This document shows positions 8,980 to 18,452 of a DNA stretch of 64,000 bases, in pieces. The stretch spans positions 1-64,000 of the forward strand of contig CAWBOS010000011.1 of the NCBI GenBank assembly GCA_963790475.1. The letters run 5' to 3'. A model generated the notes under the pieces. It did no database searches. It worked only from the letters and a program-made list of their open reading frames with translations, and had not been told where the DNA came from. This stretch comes from an uncultured delta proteobacterium (GTDB lineage: Bacteria > Desulfobacterota > RBG-13-43-22). Within the stretch, counting starts at the first letter, position 1; each line of letters begins with the position of its first letter. The position numbers and the translations under genes were made by a program.

Positions 8980-10521
8980 CCCGGATGTTGCATAAAAAAA
9001 GTGCAAATTTTGTAAAGACCGATCAGGCGGCCTTTTTAAAAGCATCCAGATACACAAAAAAGTCTCTTTGGACTGATTCATTTCCATTAAGCGTCAGGGT
9101 TAGTTGCTTTTGGGGTAACGTTAATCTCCCTGCTCTTTGAATAATCAGATGGCGTAAAGTTTTTAATTCTTCAAAACACCATAGAGGGGCTCTTTTCTCG
9201 GTCGTCCCTCTTTCCCTTGGACGAGCCGCCATTTGTAATTCGCGGGTTAAATTGTGGGCCATGATTGCAGCCATCGTATAAAGCTGGTTTCCGCCCCAGC
9301 GACGAACAGGGATATAATCCATTTGAGCTTGAGATTTCAATTCTCCAAAGAGTCCTTCCTGGTCGGCGCGCCCATTATGGAACATCAATACCTTCTTAGC
9401 CTTGACCCGCTTGTTGGTTACGATGACTTTAAATTCGTAGCCTTCCTCCCGAGGAACGAATAAGTCCAGTTGAATCGGACCTCGGAAAGCCAGGGAGACT
9501 CGTTGACGGATGCACAGGAAACGAAATCGGTTATCCCATTTCTTGGGTTTCCAAAACGTTTCAAACCAAGACCATCGGTCATCCAGCCGCTTCCAACGTT
9601 TTCGCTCCTGGATCATTTGTTTCCATTCGGCAAAACGTTCAAAAGGCACTGACAGAGTAAACTCAACCCCTTGTTCTTCTAAAAACGGTACGAGGTTATC
9701 GTTAAAAAAGGCGCTGTCCAGTCGGGCTTCTATGATTACGCCGGGAAGGGCTTCCTTCAAGAGGCGTAGGCATTGTTCGATAAATTCCCGTGCTCCATTA
9801 GAGTCGTGGACATTTCCGGAACGAAACAGGGTATCGAAAACCTGCCCGGTTTGGGCAATGGTGCAGAACAAAGGATAATAACTGCGGGCTCCTTTTTTCT
9901 TTTTGTTATACCCCACAGCGGTTCCCTCCGCTCGACGCTGACAGGTCCAAAGAACGGATCCGTCAAAATCCAGTGTCAGACGAAAAGGAGCCAACTTTTG
10001 CAGTCTGGCAATAACCTGGTTCCGGCATAGTTCCCGAACTTTTTCGATGGCCGAAATATCAATCGTTCGCAAAGCGCGAGAAACCGTTGAGACCTCTGGC
10101 AGCCTTTTTAACCCTAATAAACGCTTGATCAAGGGATCATCTTGGTAATAATCCAGATCCCTCAGCTTACGGAAACCCAGTAAAAGGTGAAAGATCAAAA
10201 GAAGCATAATGAGGTGATGACCAAATATCTCGGAAACTTTTAAATGGTCAAAACATTTCTTGAGTTGTGCTTTGAGATTCAGGTTCTGGAGCAGTGGCTG
10301 ATAAATAACTAGCCCGGCAAATGAGGTCAATTGTTGATTTTCAAACTTGATGGCTGGAATTTTAAACATTCGACTAAAAATATTCCTTTTGCTATACTTC
10401 ACCTTAGGTGGCCTCCTGTATCGGTTCTTTTGAGATGTGCTAATTTCACTTTAGCCAATACTGGAGCCACCTTCAAGCATTTTCATGGTGTTTTATGCAC
10501 TTTTATTATGCAACTATGAGG
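8980..10521 (-). mobile_element. IS1380-family insertion sequence
   Basis: Imperfect TIRs CCCGGATGTTGCATAAAAAAAGTGCA / CCTCATAGTTGCATAATAAAAGTGCA; TATA target duplication at 8976-8979 and 10522-10525. Confidence 0.88.
9023..10402 (-). CDS. IS1380-family DDE transposase
   Basis: LTSFAGL, TLDFDGS, YYPL, RLDSAF, HNGRADQE motifs. Confidence 0.9.
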   Translation of the reverse strand: MKYSKRNIFSRMFKIPAIKFENQQLTSFAGLVIYQPLLQNLNLKAQLKKCFDHLKVSEIFGHHLIMLLLIFHLLLGFRKLRDLDYYQDDPLIKRLLGLKRLPEVSTVSRALRTIDISAIEKVRELCRNQVIARLQKLAPFRLTLDFDGSVLWTCQRRAEGTAVGYNKKKKGARSYYPLFCTIAQTGQVFDTLFRSGNVHDSNGAREFIEQCLRLLKEALPGVIIEARLDSAFFNDNLVPFLEEQGVEFTLSVPFERFAEWKQMIQERKRWKRLDDRWSWFETFWKPKKWDNRFRFLCIRQRVSLAFRGPIQLDLFVPREEGYEFKVIVTNKRVKAKKVLMFHNGRADQEGLFGELKSQAQMDYIPVRRWGGNQLYTMAAIMAHNLTRELQMAARPRERGTTEKRAPLWCFEELKTLRHLIIQRAGRLTLPQKQLTLTLNGNESVQRDFFVYLDAFKKAA

Positions 10522-11110
10522 TATACTTGCGTTCTTGGGAGATTCTAATTGGCCTGGAGGACGATCCGGACGATTTACGATTGGTGTATGAACACGCCGA
10601 TATCATTGACCGATCTCCCCCTAAGACGGATGGGAACACAATCAATTTGCACGCTCACATTTCGTCTCACGTCACACTATCAGACAGCGTTACCATTCAT
10701 GTCTCGCGGGGAAAGTACCCTTCACTTCCCATGAGCTTCAGCGCTTCTCCGGATGCTGAGACTATGTACTTACGGTATAAATCATATCGTCAAAACCGAG
10801 AAACGCTTACTTCGATGGCCTACATGTGCCTGACTATTTTTCAGGCATCAGCAAGCAGCCGTAAAGATGTGGCGCGACAGTACAACATTGACCATGAGGT
10901 GTTAGATACCCTTGGAAGACTTTCTTCCACAAAAGGCAGTCCCGGAGAAGTCCGCAAGTTCCCCAAGAACGGCACGTTTGAACCACTTAGCCCCAAGGAA
11001 CGAGAATGGATGGTTCAAGTAATCAAGGCAATAATCCGTCGGGTAGGAGAATACGCTTATGATCGCAAAACGAAACTGAAGCAAATAGCCATGAAAGATT
11101 TTACAGAATT

Positions 11111-11218
11111 GCCCTAACGAATAGCTGCACCTGACGCGGAAGAATATCGGGCTAGATCCGAGAAGGTTTTACCTACCCCTCTTTCCGTCCGCCTGTGCAG
11201 GTGAGCATCGTGTTGGCG
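11111..11218 (+). other. attC site (cassette 2)
   Basis: GCCCTAAC overlapping the stop codon; GCTGCACCTG/CAGGTGAGC L boxes with an extra G; ends in GTTGGCG. Confidence 0.82.
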
Positions 11219-11309
11219 ATCTCGGAACCACAATGACGCATTGAAAAAGTAGGCGAAAGCCGCGGGATTAAATTTATTGAGCAAAGCAAGTAATAGCGGA
11301 GGATAAAAG

Positions 11310-11627
11310 ATGACTATACCTATTAATAACAAAAAGGAAGCGATACAACGCCTCAAAGCCTGCCATCGGCAACTGGCAGCGCTTGGAGTTACAAGCGTTG
11401 GTCTATTCGGGTCCTTTGCCAAGGAACGACAAACCCCGAAAAGCGACGTTGACATCCTCGTTGAATTCGCGCCTGACCAGCATTCCTTCGACAATTTTAT
11501 GGAGTTATCGTTTTTACTTGAGGACTTGTTCGGACGCAAGGTGGAGGTACTGACGCCTGAGGCTCTTAGTCCTCACATCGGTCCTTATATCCTTCGGGAG
11601 GTGGAACGTGTTTCTCTCACCGCGTGA
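11310..11627 (+). CDS. Minimal nucleotidyltransferase (MNT) antitoxin, MntA-like (cassette 3)
   Basis: FGSFAKERQTPKSDVD = GS-x10-DxD motif; overlaps the downstream HEPN gene. Confidence 0.9.
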   Translation: MTIPINNKKEAIQRLKACHRQLAALGVTSVGLFGSFAKERQTPKSDVDILVEFAPDQHSFDNFMELSFLLEDLFGRKVEVLTPEALSPHIGPYILREVERVSLTA

Positions 11628-11743
11628 ATACCTCCGCCATATTCTTGATGAAATTGACTATATTCAATCTCAACTCAAAGGACAAGACTTTGTATCTTTC
11701 AACCAGAATGAAACCTTGAAAAGGGCATTCGTCCGTAGCTTAG

Positions 11744-13726
11744 CCCATCTTCCGCAGTTAGAAAGCATGGAAGACGCGATATCAAATAGTTACGACAAGA
11801 ATTAGGGCATTTTCTTCACTACATTTTCAATAATTTTTGGTTTGTTGGGGAGCAGAATTTTCAATCTCTGAAGCAGCACTTTGAGTTCCTTTGAGGGAGT
11901 AGCCACCATTCTGAGCCGGAGGGTTCTCTCCCGCGCCGGTAGTAGCACATCCAAAGATTTCAATTCCCGCAACTCCTCCAACAGCTTTCTTGGGGCGGTA
12001 CCGAGTCCCGAGGCTTTCATCCATTGCTGGAGCGTTCGCCACATAGTCAGCGCCAAGAAGCAGACCAGGATATGAGCCTGGGTCCGTTCCTGTTTTTGAT
12101 GGAAGATCGGTCGCATTCCCAGATCATGTTTCTCGGTACGGAATGAATCTTCCACTTCCGTCAGTTGGATGTAGGTATTCCATAGGACTTTCGGGTCACT
12201 TTCGGTCCAGTTGGTGCGCAGGATGTAGCTACCGCCGGTCTCCAAGGCCCACTGTTGCCGTTGTTCGTTCTTCTTGACTTCTAGGGAAAGCGGTGCGTCT
12301 TTTCCGGTACCGGTCTCTATGACTGTAATATTGAACAACGAGGCCGCACGTTTATTTTGTTCCAGCAGTCGCCCTATTCTCCGCTCGACTTTCTGCTTGT
12401 CTCGGAGCTTGCCGGTTTCGGCCTGGCGGGCCAGGTGATCCAGTTGGCTTTCCAGTCGGGTCAAAAAGTGGTTTAGAATGGCGTTTTCTTTCTCCTTCCG
12501 GCCTTGAGACCGGCACAGGACAAAGATTTCATCCGTTCCTTCCGGCGAGCAACAGAGCTTGACCTCAACATCAGGTTGGACCGCTTCCCAGTTCTGTTCG
12601 AAAAGCTGCTGCTCAAACTTCTTCAGCATCACTTTTGGGGTGCCGACCAAATAGCGGGCACCGACTTTGCGCATAAACTCCAGATTCTCCTCACTCACCA
12701 TGCCGCGATCCATAACCCAGATCCGGTTGGCTTGGCCGTATTTGGCCTCCATCATCTGAACCATCTCTTGGGTCGTCGTAACATCCGGTCGATTGCCGTC
12801 AAAAACCTCAAAGGCTATGGGAAAGCCCTCTCGGGTGGCCACCAGGCCGATGCAGACCTGGGGACAATCTGGACGACTGTCCCGGCTGTAACCCCTCTTG
12901 GCCTGGGCATTGCCCTTGGCGGTCCCCTCAAAATAGGTGGAGGTTATGTCATAAAACAAAAAATCAAAGCTACTGCCGAACAGTTCCCCATAACGCTCCT
13001 GAAGGTGACGGCTTAAGGCATCCTTGTGGGGAAGCAAGGCATCCAGGGCACGATAAAGCCGATCCTCATTGATCTTATAGTCGGCCACTCCCAGCAGATC
13101 GTCTAAGGCCGTCTGGCCATACCAAAACTCGGCCATCTGTAATTCCGACGATGGGGCGCAAAAGCGTCCAAGAACTAAAATAGACGCCATGATCGACCAA
13201 GGAATCTCTTCCCGGTTGGAAGGAATATGATCTCGGCAGAACCTGGCAAGCCCCAGTTTGTTCCACAAAAGCAACCCCAAATAGACATCGCCGAAGCCTC
13301 TGAGTCGCTCGACGCTTACGCCATGGATATTGACCGTGGCCCAAGATGGGGGGTCTTCCCCCTGCTCAAACAGTTCAGGTCCAGGTAGAGGCTTTCCGGA
13401 AAGAATCCGTCCGATCTCCTCCCAACCTATCCGCTCTTCCCGATCAAGGCCAGGAAGTTTCCCTATCGTCGCCACTACTCGCTGACGGGGCCCTCGGGCA
13501 GTACGGACCGACTCAACTAAAAGCCAGCTCTCGTACTCCGCTCCACCTTTCTTTTTGGTCGCACGCCGGAGATACATAACCCCATTATCTCCGTTCCCAC
13601 AGCACCTGGCAAGGGGGTGGTCTTCACTACATCCAATTTTCAAAGATCAGGACTTGAAATCATTTAACAATTCCTGAAAATTCATCACGTTTTTCTTGAT
13701 TTTTTCTCCAAACTGCGGAAGATGGG
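11744..13726 (-). mobile_element. IS1634-family insertion sequence
   Basis: Perfect 16-bp TIR CCCATCTTCCGCAGTT; TTAG repeated on both flanks. Confidence 0.9.
11802..13577 (-). CDS. IS1634-family DDE transposase
   Basis: YDITSTYFEG, GYSRDSRPD, MDRGM, VEDSFR...LGMRPIFH; start placed at MYLRR. Confidence 0.9.
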   Translation of the reverse strand: MYLRRATKKKGGAEYESWLLVESVRTARGPRQRVVATIGKLPGLDREERIGWEEIGRILSGKPLPGPELFEQGEDPPSWATVNIHGVSVERLRGFGDVYLGLLLWNKLGLARFCRDHIPSNREEIPWSIMASILVLGRFCAPSSELQMAEFWYGQTALDDLLGVADYKINEDRLYRALDALLPHKDALSRHLQERYGELFGSSFDFLFYDITSTYFEGTAKGNAQAKRGYSRDSRPDCPQVCIGLVATREGFPIAFEVFDGNRPDVTTTQEMVQMMEAKYGQANRIWVMDRGMVSEENLEFMRKVGARYLVGTPKVMLKKFEQQLFEQNWEAVQPDVEVKLCCSPEGTDEIFVLCRSQGRKEKENAILNHFLTRLESQLDHLARQAETGKLRDKQKVERRIGRLLEQNKRAASLFNITVIETGTGKDAPLSLEVKKNEQRQQWALETGGSYILRTNWTESDPKVLWNTYIQLTEVEDSFRTEKHDLGMRPIFHQKQERTQAHILVCFLALTMWRTLQQWMKASGLGTAPRKLLEELRELKSLDVLLPARERTLRLRMVATPSKELKVLLQRLKILLPNKPKIIENVVKKMP

Positions 13727-13932
13727 TTAGAGATCATAGGCGAAGCCGCCAAAAAGGTGCCTAAGGAGTTCCAAGATCAACAACCGGAAATCGAATGGCG
13801 CAAAATAATGGGAATGCGAGACAGGCTAATCCATGACTATTTCGGGGTGGACTATAAGATCGTATGGGACGTTGCTACAACCAAGCTTAGCGATCTCCGC
13901 ACCAAGCTCCAAACCTTGTTAACTTAACGAAA

Positions 13933-13994
13933 GATCACCAACAAAACGCTCCAGCAGACGCAGACAGGCTGCGCCGCTGAATTTGTAGTTATTT
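13933..13994 (+). other. attC site (cassette 3), short
   Basis: GATCACCAAC ... CAGCAGACGCAG/CTGCGCCGCTG ... GTTATTT. Confidence 0.72.
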
Positions 13995-14738
13995 TTTCCC
14001 GGGTCCGGCCAGACCTAATTCGTTGACCAACTGCTGGACAAATTCCTGGCCGTCCGGTTGAAAGGCGGGAAGGTCCCAGGGCATTTCCTGTAAGTTTTGG
14101 AGCAGAGAGGGGAGCCGATCAAAGGGAATCGATACCAACTGGCGGCCTTCGGGGAACAGCTTTCTCCGTTTCATTCCATGACCCAGACCCGTCATAACAT
14201 AATTCAGTTCCCCGCTCAAATAGGGATAGACAAAAATCCAGGCACAGCCTATGGCCGCTGAAAACCTACTTGACCACATTTTTCCTGTTCTATAACTCAT
14301 AGCCCGCAGTAGAATTTCGGTTTGGCCGGTCTGGGCCAGACAGATCAGAATATCCGGGTCGAAAGCAAGGCGGTTTAAGGGTGAAAAGGCCACACAGTTC
14401 ACTACTCCCGGGCTTATCCTCGGGATATAATGATAAAGCCTGGCGGCGGAACGGGGTTCTTCGAAGATTTTCAAGCCGGCCCCGAATTCGCCGCTGATAT
14501 AAGGACCCGGGGCATCGGCCTGTCCCAATACATACCGTCCGGCCTCACAGGCCTGGGCCCCGGCATCGGCAAAAAAGGCCGTTCCTTCCTGAGCCTTCTT
14601 GAGCATTTCGCAGAAAGCCAATTTTTCTTCGAGCCTTTCGATCCGGTCGGGGCGCCGGGCCAAAAATTTAACCCCGACAGGTTGAACGTCAAAGTTAAAT
14701 CGGTCCAATACAGACAGCTCATTTTTAGTGATGGTCAT
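13989..14738 (-). CDS. DUF169 family protein
   Basis: PVGVKF, FCEM, C.AG..VLG, PL....FDPD, C motifs; start placed at MTITK. Confidence 0.75.
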   Translation of the reverse strand: MTITKNELSVLDRFNFDVQPVGVKFLARRPDRIERLEEKLAFCEMLKKAQEGTAFFADAGAQACEAGRYVLGQADAPGPYISGEFGAGLKIFEEPRSAARLYHYIPRISPGVVNCVAFSPLNRLAFDPDILICLAQTGQTEILLRAMSYRTGKMWSSRFSAAIGCAWIFVYPYLSGELNYVMTGLGHGMKRRKLFPEGRQLVSIPFDRLPSLLQNLQEMPWDLPAFQPDGQEFVQQLVNELGLAGPGKK

Positions 14739-14754
14739 TTTTGTTTCCAATGGA

Positions 14755-14788
14755 TTTTGGGGGGCTCCTATTTTAGAGCCCCCCAAAA
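14755..14788. terminator. Strong GC hairpin after the substrate-binding protein gene (terminator or mRNA stabiliser)
   Basis: TTTTGGGGGGCTC...GAGCCCCCCAAAA perfect 13-bp stem. Confidence 0.5.
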
Positions 14789-14797
14789 GGTTATTAA

Positions 14798-16060
14798 TCA
14801 ATGTGGATAAATATTCCGAATCGGCCAGGTACCTATTTTGACCACCTTCCCCTTCTGGACCTGATCAACGCGTACGGCGTTAACTCCCTCGATATGACCG
14901 GGACCATAAGTAAGGGGAGTAGCGCTTAAGTTCCCGGTAGACAGATTTTTGATCTGATAAAAGCCGTTATGAAGCACATCGGTCGGTTTGAGCTTCTCTA
15001 AGGGGGTCTTTTGGAGGGCCAGTCTTATGGCTTCAACCTGGACCATGGCCTCGATCATGCCGCCCACATACATAATATGGGTGGCCCGCTTGGTGGGACG
15101 GTATTTCTTCTGCAGATCGTCGCAGAATTTTATCCCCGGAGTGGCCAGGTCATCCAAGGGAGGGAAGCTCCCGCCCACGATAAAACCGTCACCCAACTCA
15201 CCCATGGCCGGAGCGAACACGGCAGCATGACTGGGCAAGGCCATGCCGAAGACGATCTTGTAATCCAGATGGGGTCCCATTCCCAGCCTTACCGCTTCTT
15301 TGATGGTCGGTTGTGAACCGGGGTTGATCATCACACCCAGGGCCAGGTTAACTTTGTTTTGTTTCAGCCACATCAACTGGGTCGTCGGAGGTGAGGTGGG
15401 AACCAGCGGCACATACTGGATACCGGCAAATTCAAACCCCTCCTTTTCCAGATAAGTTTTCATCTCCGGGATCTCAATCGATTTTCCCATGGCATTGTCG
15501 GCAGTCAGGTAGGCCACCCGGGGTTTCCCCGGTCCCTTCCATTGCCCCTTAAACCAATCGGCGATGGCCGCCAGTCCATCGGTATAAAGAGGGTAATAGG
15601 TAAAAATGGTTTGCGGCGGTTTTAGTAGATAAGGACCGGAGGCCATGCTGGTGGCACCCATGTTATCTTGAAATAACCGGTCTTTTAAGGCCAGGGCTAT
15701 AGGCGATCCTGAAATCCTGTAAACCAGCATCCCTTTGGCCTTCAGCTCCTCGTAGATGGAAAGGGCCTTGGCCGGCTTGAGCTCGTCATCACGCCAGAGC
15801 AGTTCCAGGTGTATGTCTGCCGGCCATTTCTCATTGCGCCAGGGGGCCAATCGTTTGGTCTCGTTTACATATTTAACATAATCTTCAAAGGCGGCCAGGA
15901 TTGCTGCCGAATCCTCAGCGTAGGGGCCGGTCAGCGACATGGTGCCGCCGATATATACGGTTTTTCCGGCAGCGCCGGCATTCGGGGGAAACAGCAATAC
16001 GCTTACCATTAACATCATAATGAATGCGATCCCTAATGAACCCATTTTAGCTTTAGTCAT
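14798..16060 (-). CDS. ABC transporter substrate-binding protein, Liv/HAAT (periplasmic binding protein type 1) family
   Basis: Signal peptide, IGGTMSLTGPYA; GGAGGAG RBS before ATG at 16060. Confidence 0.88.
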   Translation of the reverse strand: MTKAKMGSLGIAFIMMLMVSVLLFPPNAGAAGKTVYIGGTMSLTGPYAEDSAAILAAFEDYVKYVNETKRLAPWRNEKWPADIHLELLWRDDELKPAKALSIYEELKAKGMLVYRISGSPIALALKDRLFQDNMGATSMASGPYLLKPPQTIFTYYPLYTDGLAAIADWFKGQWKGPGKPRVAYLTADNAMGKSIEIPEMKTYLEKEGFEFAGIQYVPLVPTSPPTTQLMWLKQNKVNLALGVMINPGSQPTIKEAVRLGMGPHLDYKIVFGMALPSHAAVFAPAMGELGDGFIVGGSFPPLDDLATPGIKFCDDLQKKYRPTKRATHIMYVGGMIEAMVQVEAIRLALQKTPLEKLKPTDVLHNGFYQIKNLSTGNLSATPLTYGPGHIEGVNAVRVDQVQKGKVVKIGTWPIRNIYPH

Positions 16061-16113
16061 TTGCTCCTCCTTTAGTATGAACCCTGGATTAAATTCCAGA
16101 CTTGTTTGTTTTC

Positions 16114-16192
16114 CGTCATGCCGGACTTGATCCGGCATCCAGGGACTTTGTCGATTATAAAATAACCTGGATTCCGGCTTTCGTCGGAATGA
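16114..16192. repeat. Palindromic repeat family B (GTCAT.CCGG...ATCCAG...CTGGATTCC...GGAATGAC)
   Basis: Related copies at 39307-39385 and 63591-63670. Confidence 0.75.
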
Positions 16193-16288
16193 CTACCTAA
16201 CCCACCGAAAGAGTTATATTTTCATGCTTCGTGGCACCCCTAAGAGGCATGGGGTATAATACAAAAATAGAATTTTAGGCTTTGAAAT

Positions 16289-16347
16289 TGTAGCACAGCC
16301 GCCCCCGGCTGTGATTATAAATGACAGGCGAGGGCGCCTGTCCCACA
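16289..16347. repeat. GTAG-type REP doublet (REPIN-like)
   Basis: TGTAGCACAGCCGCCCCCGGCTGTG and an inverted TGTGGGACAGGCGCCCTCGCCTGTC. Confidence 0.65.
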
Positions 16348-16505
16348 TAAACATTAGCCTATTTTTATGATTCGTCGGTGCCCGTTTCAGAACCTGAATG
16401 TTTAGTTTGTATAGGATTAAATTGGGATTCGCCGAACGCTTAACGCCGAACGGTTTTTCATACAAAACAATACCCCATTTACTTCAGTCGATCCCCCCTT
16501 TCCGA

Positions 16506-17561
16506 TTACTTTAATTCCTGATGTGAAAACGGCCATAAGCGGACATAGGCCTTGATACGTTCCCATCGATGATCGAGTCCTCTGGGTTCAAAAATAAGGA
16601 AAAGGATAATGACTAATCCCCGGGTAATGAGGGCCAATGAAGCGGCGGCCTGGGCCGCCACGGCGGTCGAAAGGATGGGGCCGACAACGGTGACCAGTTC
16701 ATCGAGCAGCTTAAGAGATATGGCGCCGAGAATAGCCCCCGGGATGCTGCCCATACCTCCGACGATCAGCATGCCGATATACCACACGGAATCCATGAAG
16801 GGAAACTGATCGACACTGGCGAAACCATAATAATGAACCAGCAAGGCCCCGGCCACACCGGCATAGACACAGCCGATGAAGAAAGCTTGCAGCTTATAAC
16901 TCCACAAATTGATCCCCATAACCTCGGCCGCCAGGTCGTTGTCTCGGATGGCTACAAAGGCCCGGCCTATCCTGGTCCGGACCAGGTTCACGGCCAGGAA
17001 GGTGGCCAGACAGGCTATGATCATCACTAAGTAGAAATAGCCCGCTTTCGATGTCAAAATAATAGAGCCTATCTGAGGTTTGGGCACAGCCATCCCGTCA
17101 GCACCACCGGTCACATTTTGGAGCTGGAGGATCAACCAGATAATAAGAAAATGGGCGGCTATGGTGGCCATGATCAGATAGAAGCCTTTGATCTTTAAAG
17201 AGGGCAGACCGAAGATCAAACCGGCTGTTCCGGCGGCCAGGGCGGCGCAGGGCAAGGCGGCGAAGAAGGACCAGCCCAGCTTGGCGGTCAAGATCGCGGA
17301 AACATAGGCCCCAACGGCCATAAAACCCACATGCCCCATGGAAATTTGGCCGCAGTAGCCGGTCAGAATATTGAGCCCGTGAACACTGATTATGGCAATA
17401 CCGATCATGGTCATGATGGTCAAAAGCCGGTCACTGAAAAACAGGGGGCAGGTCAAAAGTAAGATGAGGAAAGCCATGAGCAGCCCCCACTGCAGCCTGG
17501 TGCGGAATATGGCCATATCCTGGGCGTAGGTTTCTTGAAAAGTCCCGGAGCCTGAACCCAT
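16506..17561 (-). CDS. Liv-type ABC transporter permease (LivM-like)
   Basis: GLNILTGYCGQISMGH, GRAFVAIRDNDLAAEVMGI. Confidence 0.9.
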   Translation of the reverse strand: MGSGSGTFQETYAQDMAIFRTRLQWGLLMAFLILLLTCPLFFSDRLLTIMTMIGIAIISVHGLNILTGYCGQISMGHVGFMAVGAYVSAILTAKLGWSFFAALPCAALAAGTAGLIFGLPSLKIKGFYLIMATIAAHFLIIWLILQLQNVTGGADGMAVPKPQIGSIILTSKAGYFYLVMIIACLATFLAVNLVRTRIGRAFVAIRDNDLAAEVMGINLWSYKLQAFFIGCVYAGVAGALLVHYYGFASVDQFPFMDSVWYIGMLIVGGMGSIPGAILGAISLKLLDELVTVVGPILSTAVAAQAAASLALITRGLVIILFLIFEPRGLDHRWERIKAYVRLWPFSHQELK

Positions 17562-17564
17562 TGA

Positions 17565-18452
17565 TTAAATCCTTTCTATCCTGACCAGACCAAACAGACC
17601 ATGGGGTTTGAAAATGAGCACGATAATCATAACCATGAATGGAAATACCTGAGCCAATCCACCGCCGGGTAGTAACGGGTCGAGATATCCGGCGGCCACA
17701 TTCTCCAGCACACCCAGTAGGATGCCGGCGACGATGGCCCCGCCTATGGAGTTCAGCCCTCCCAGCAGGACCACGGCGAAGGCCTTTAAACCGATCTCGG
17801 AAAGTGGGATCATAACGCCGGATACTCCTCCCAAAAGAATGCCCCCGATCACCCCGACGACACAGGCAATGACCCAGGACAAGGCATAGACCGTGGTAGC
17901 CTTGATACCCACACTCTGCACCACCTGCAAGTCCTCGGCTGTGGCCCGCATGGCCAGCCCGATTTTGGTATAGCGGAACAAAAGCATGAGCAGCGTTACG
18001 CAAATCACCGATACCATCAGTCCGATCATCGACTCCGGGGGTATGGAAATCTGACCCAGTTGGAGGGTCAATGTCGGCAGTAATCCATGGTAGGTCTTAT
18101 ATTCTCCGCCCCAAATCAGGGTGGCCAATCCTTCCAAAACAGTAGCCAAGGCAATGGTCATCATGATAACGGCCAGGTCCGATTGGCCCATCAAAGGGCG
18201 CAGGGTCAGGCGCTCTATTAACAAACCCATGAGGATGGCCACACCTACCGCCAGAATCAGTGTGGCCCAGATCGGCAGGCCGAAGGTTACCAGGAAGGTA
18301 TAGCCCAGGTAACCACCAATCATGACAAAGTGCCCCTGGGCCAGGTTAAAGGCTTTGGAGCATTTGAGGATAATAACAAAACCCAGGGCCACCAGGGCAT
18401 AGACCATTCCCAGGGCGAAACCGGTCACTGCCAATTGCAGAAAAAAGGTCAT
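17565..18452 (-). CDS. Liv-type ABC transporter permease (LivH-like)
   Basis: YALVALGF, FNLAQG, GLAMRATAED. Confidence 0.9.
   Translation of the reverse strand: MTFFLQLAVTGFALGMVYALVALGFVIILKCSKAFNLAQGHFVMIGGYLGYTFLVTFGLPIWATLILAVGVAILMGLLIERLTLRPLMGQSDLAVIMMTIALATVLEGLATLIWGGEYKTYHGLLPTLTLQLGQISIPPESMIGLMVSVICVTLLMLLFRYTKIGLAMRATAEDLQVVQSVGIKATTVYALSWVIACVVGVIGGILLGGVSGVMIPLSEIGLKAFAVVLLGGLNSIGGAIVAGILLGVLENVAAGYLDPLLPGGGLAQVFPFMVMIIVLIFKPHGLFGLVRIERI

Larger units (their letters stand above)
8789..11117 (+). pseudogene. Cassette 2 hypothetical protein (~260 aa when rejoined), interrupted by IS1380
   Basis: Removing the IS and one TATA copy restores the frame ...RAVVELY|LRSWEILIG... Confidence 0.85.
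11608..13927 (+). pseudogene. HEPN (DUF86/HepT-like) RNase toxin interrupted by IS1634
   Basis: Rejoined frame ...AFVRSL|[11 protein letters not shown]...[13 protein letters not shown]... carries the R-x4-H motif. Confidence 0.9.
7300..13994 (+). mobile_element. Integron cassette array without integrase (CALIN), three cassettes
   Basis: Each cassette start pairs with its own attC R'' box: GTTAGGCC/GGCCTAAC, GTAGGGC/GCCCTAAC, GTTGGCGATC/GATCACCAAC. No tyrosine recombinase in the window. Confidence 0.82.

Noticed and set aside
10485-11117. 210-aa ORF as an independent gene
   Set aside because: Its first codons come from the IS1380 end; it is the 3' half of the interrupted cassette gene.
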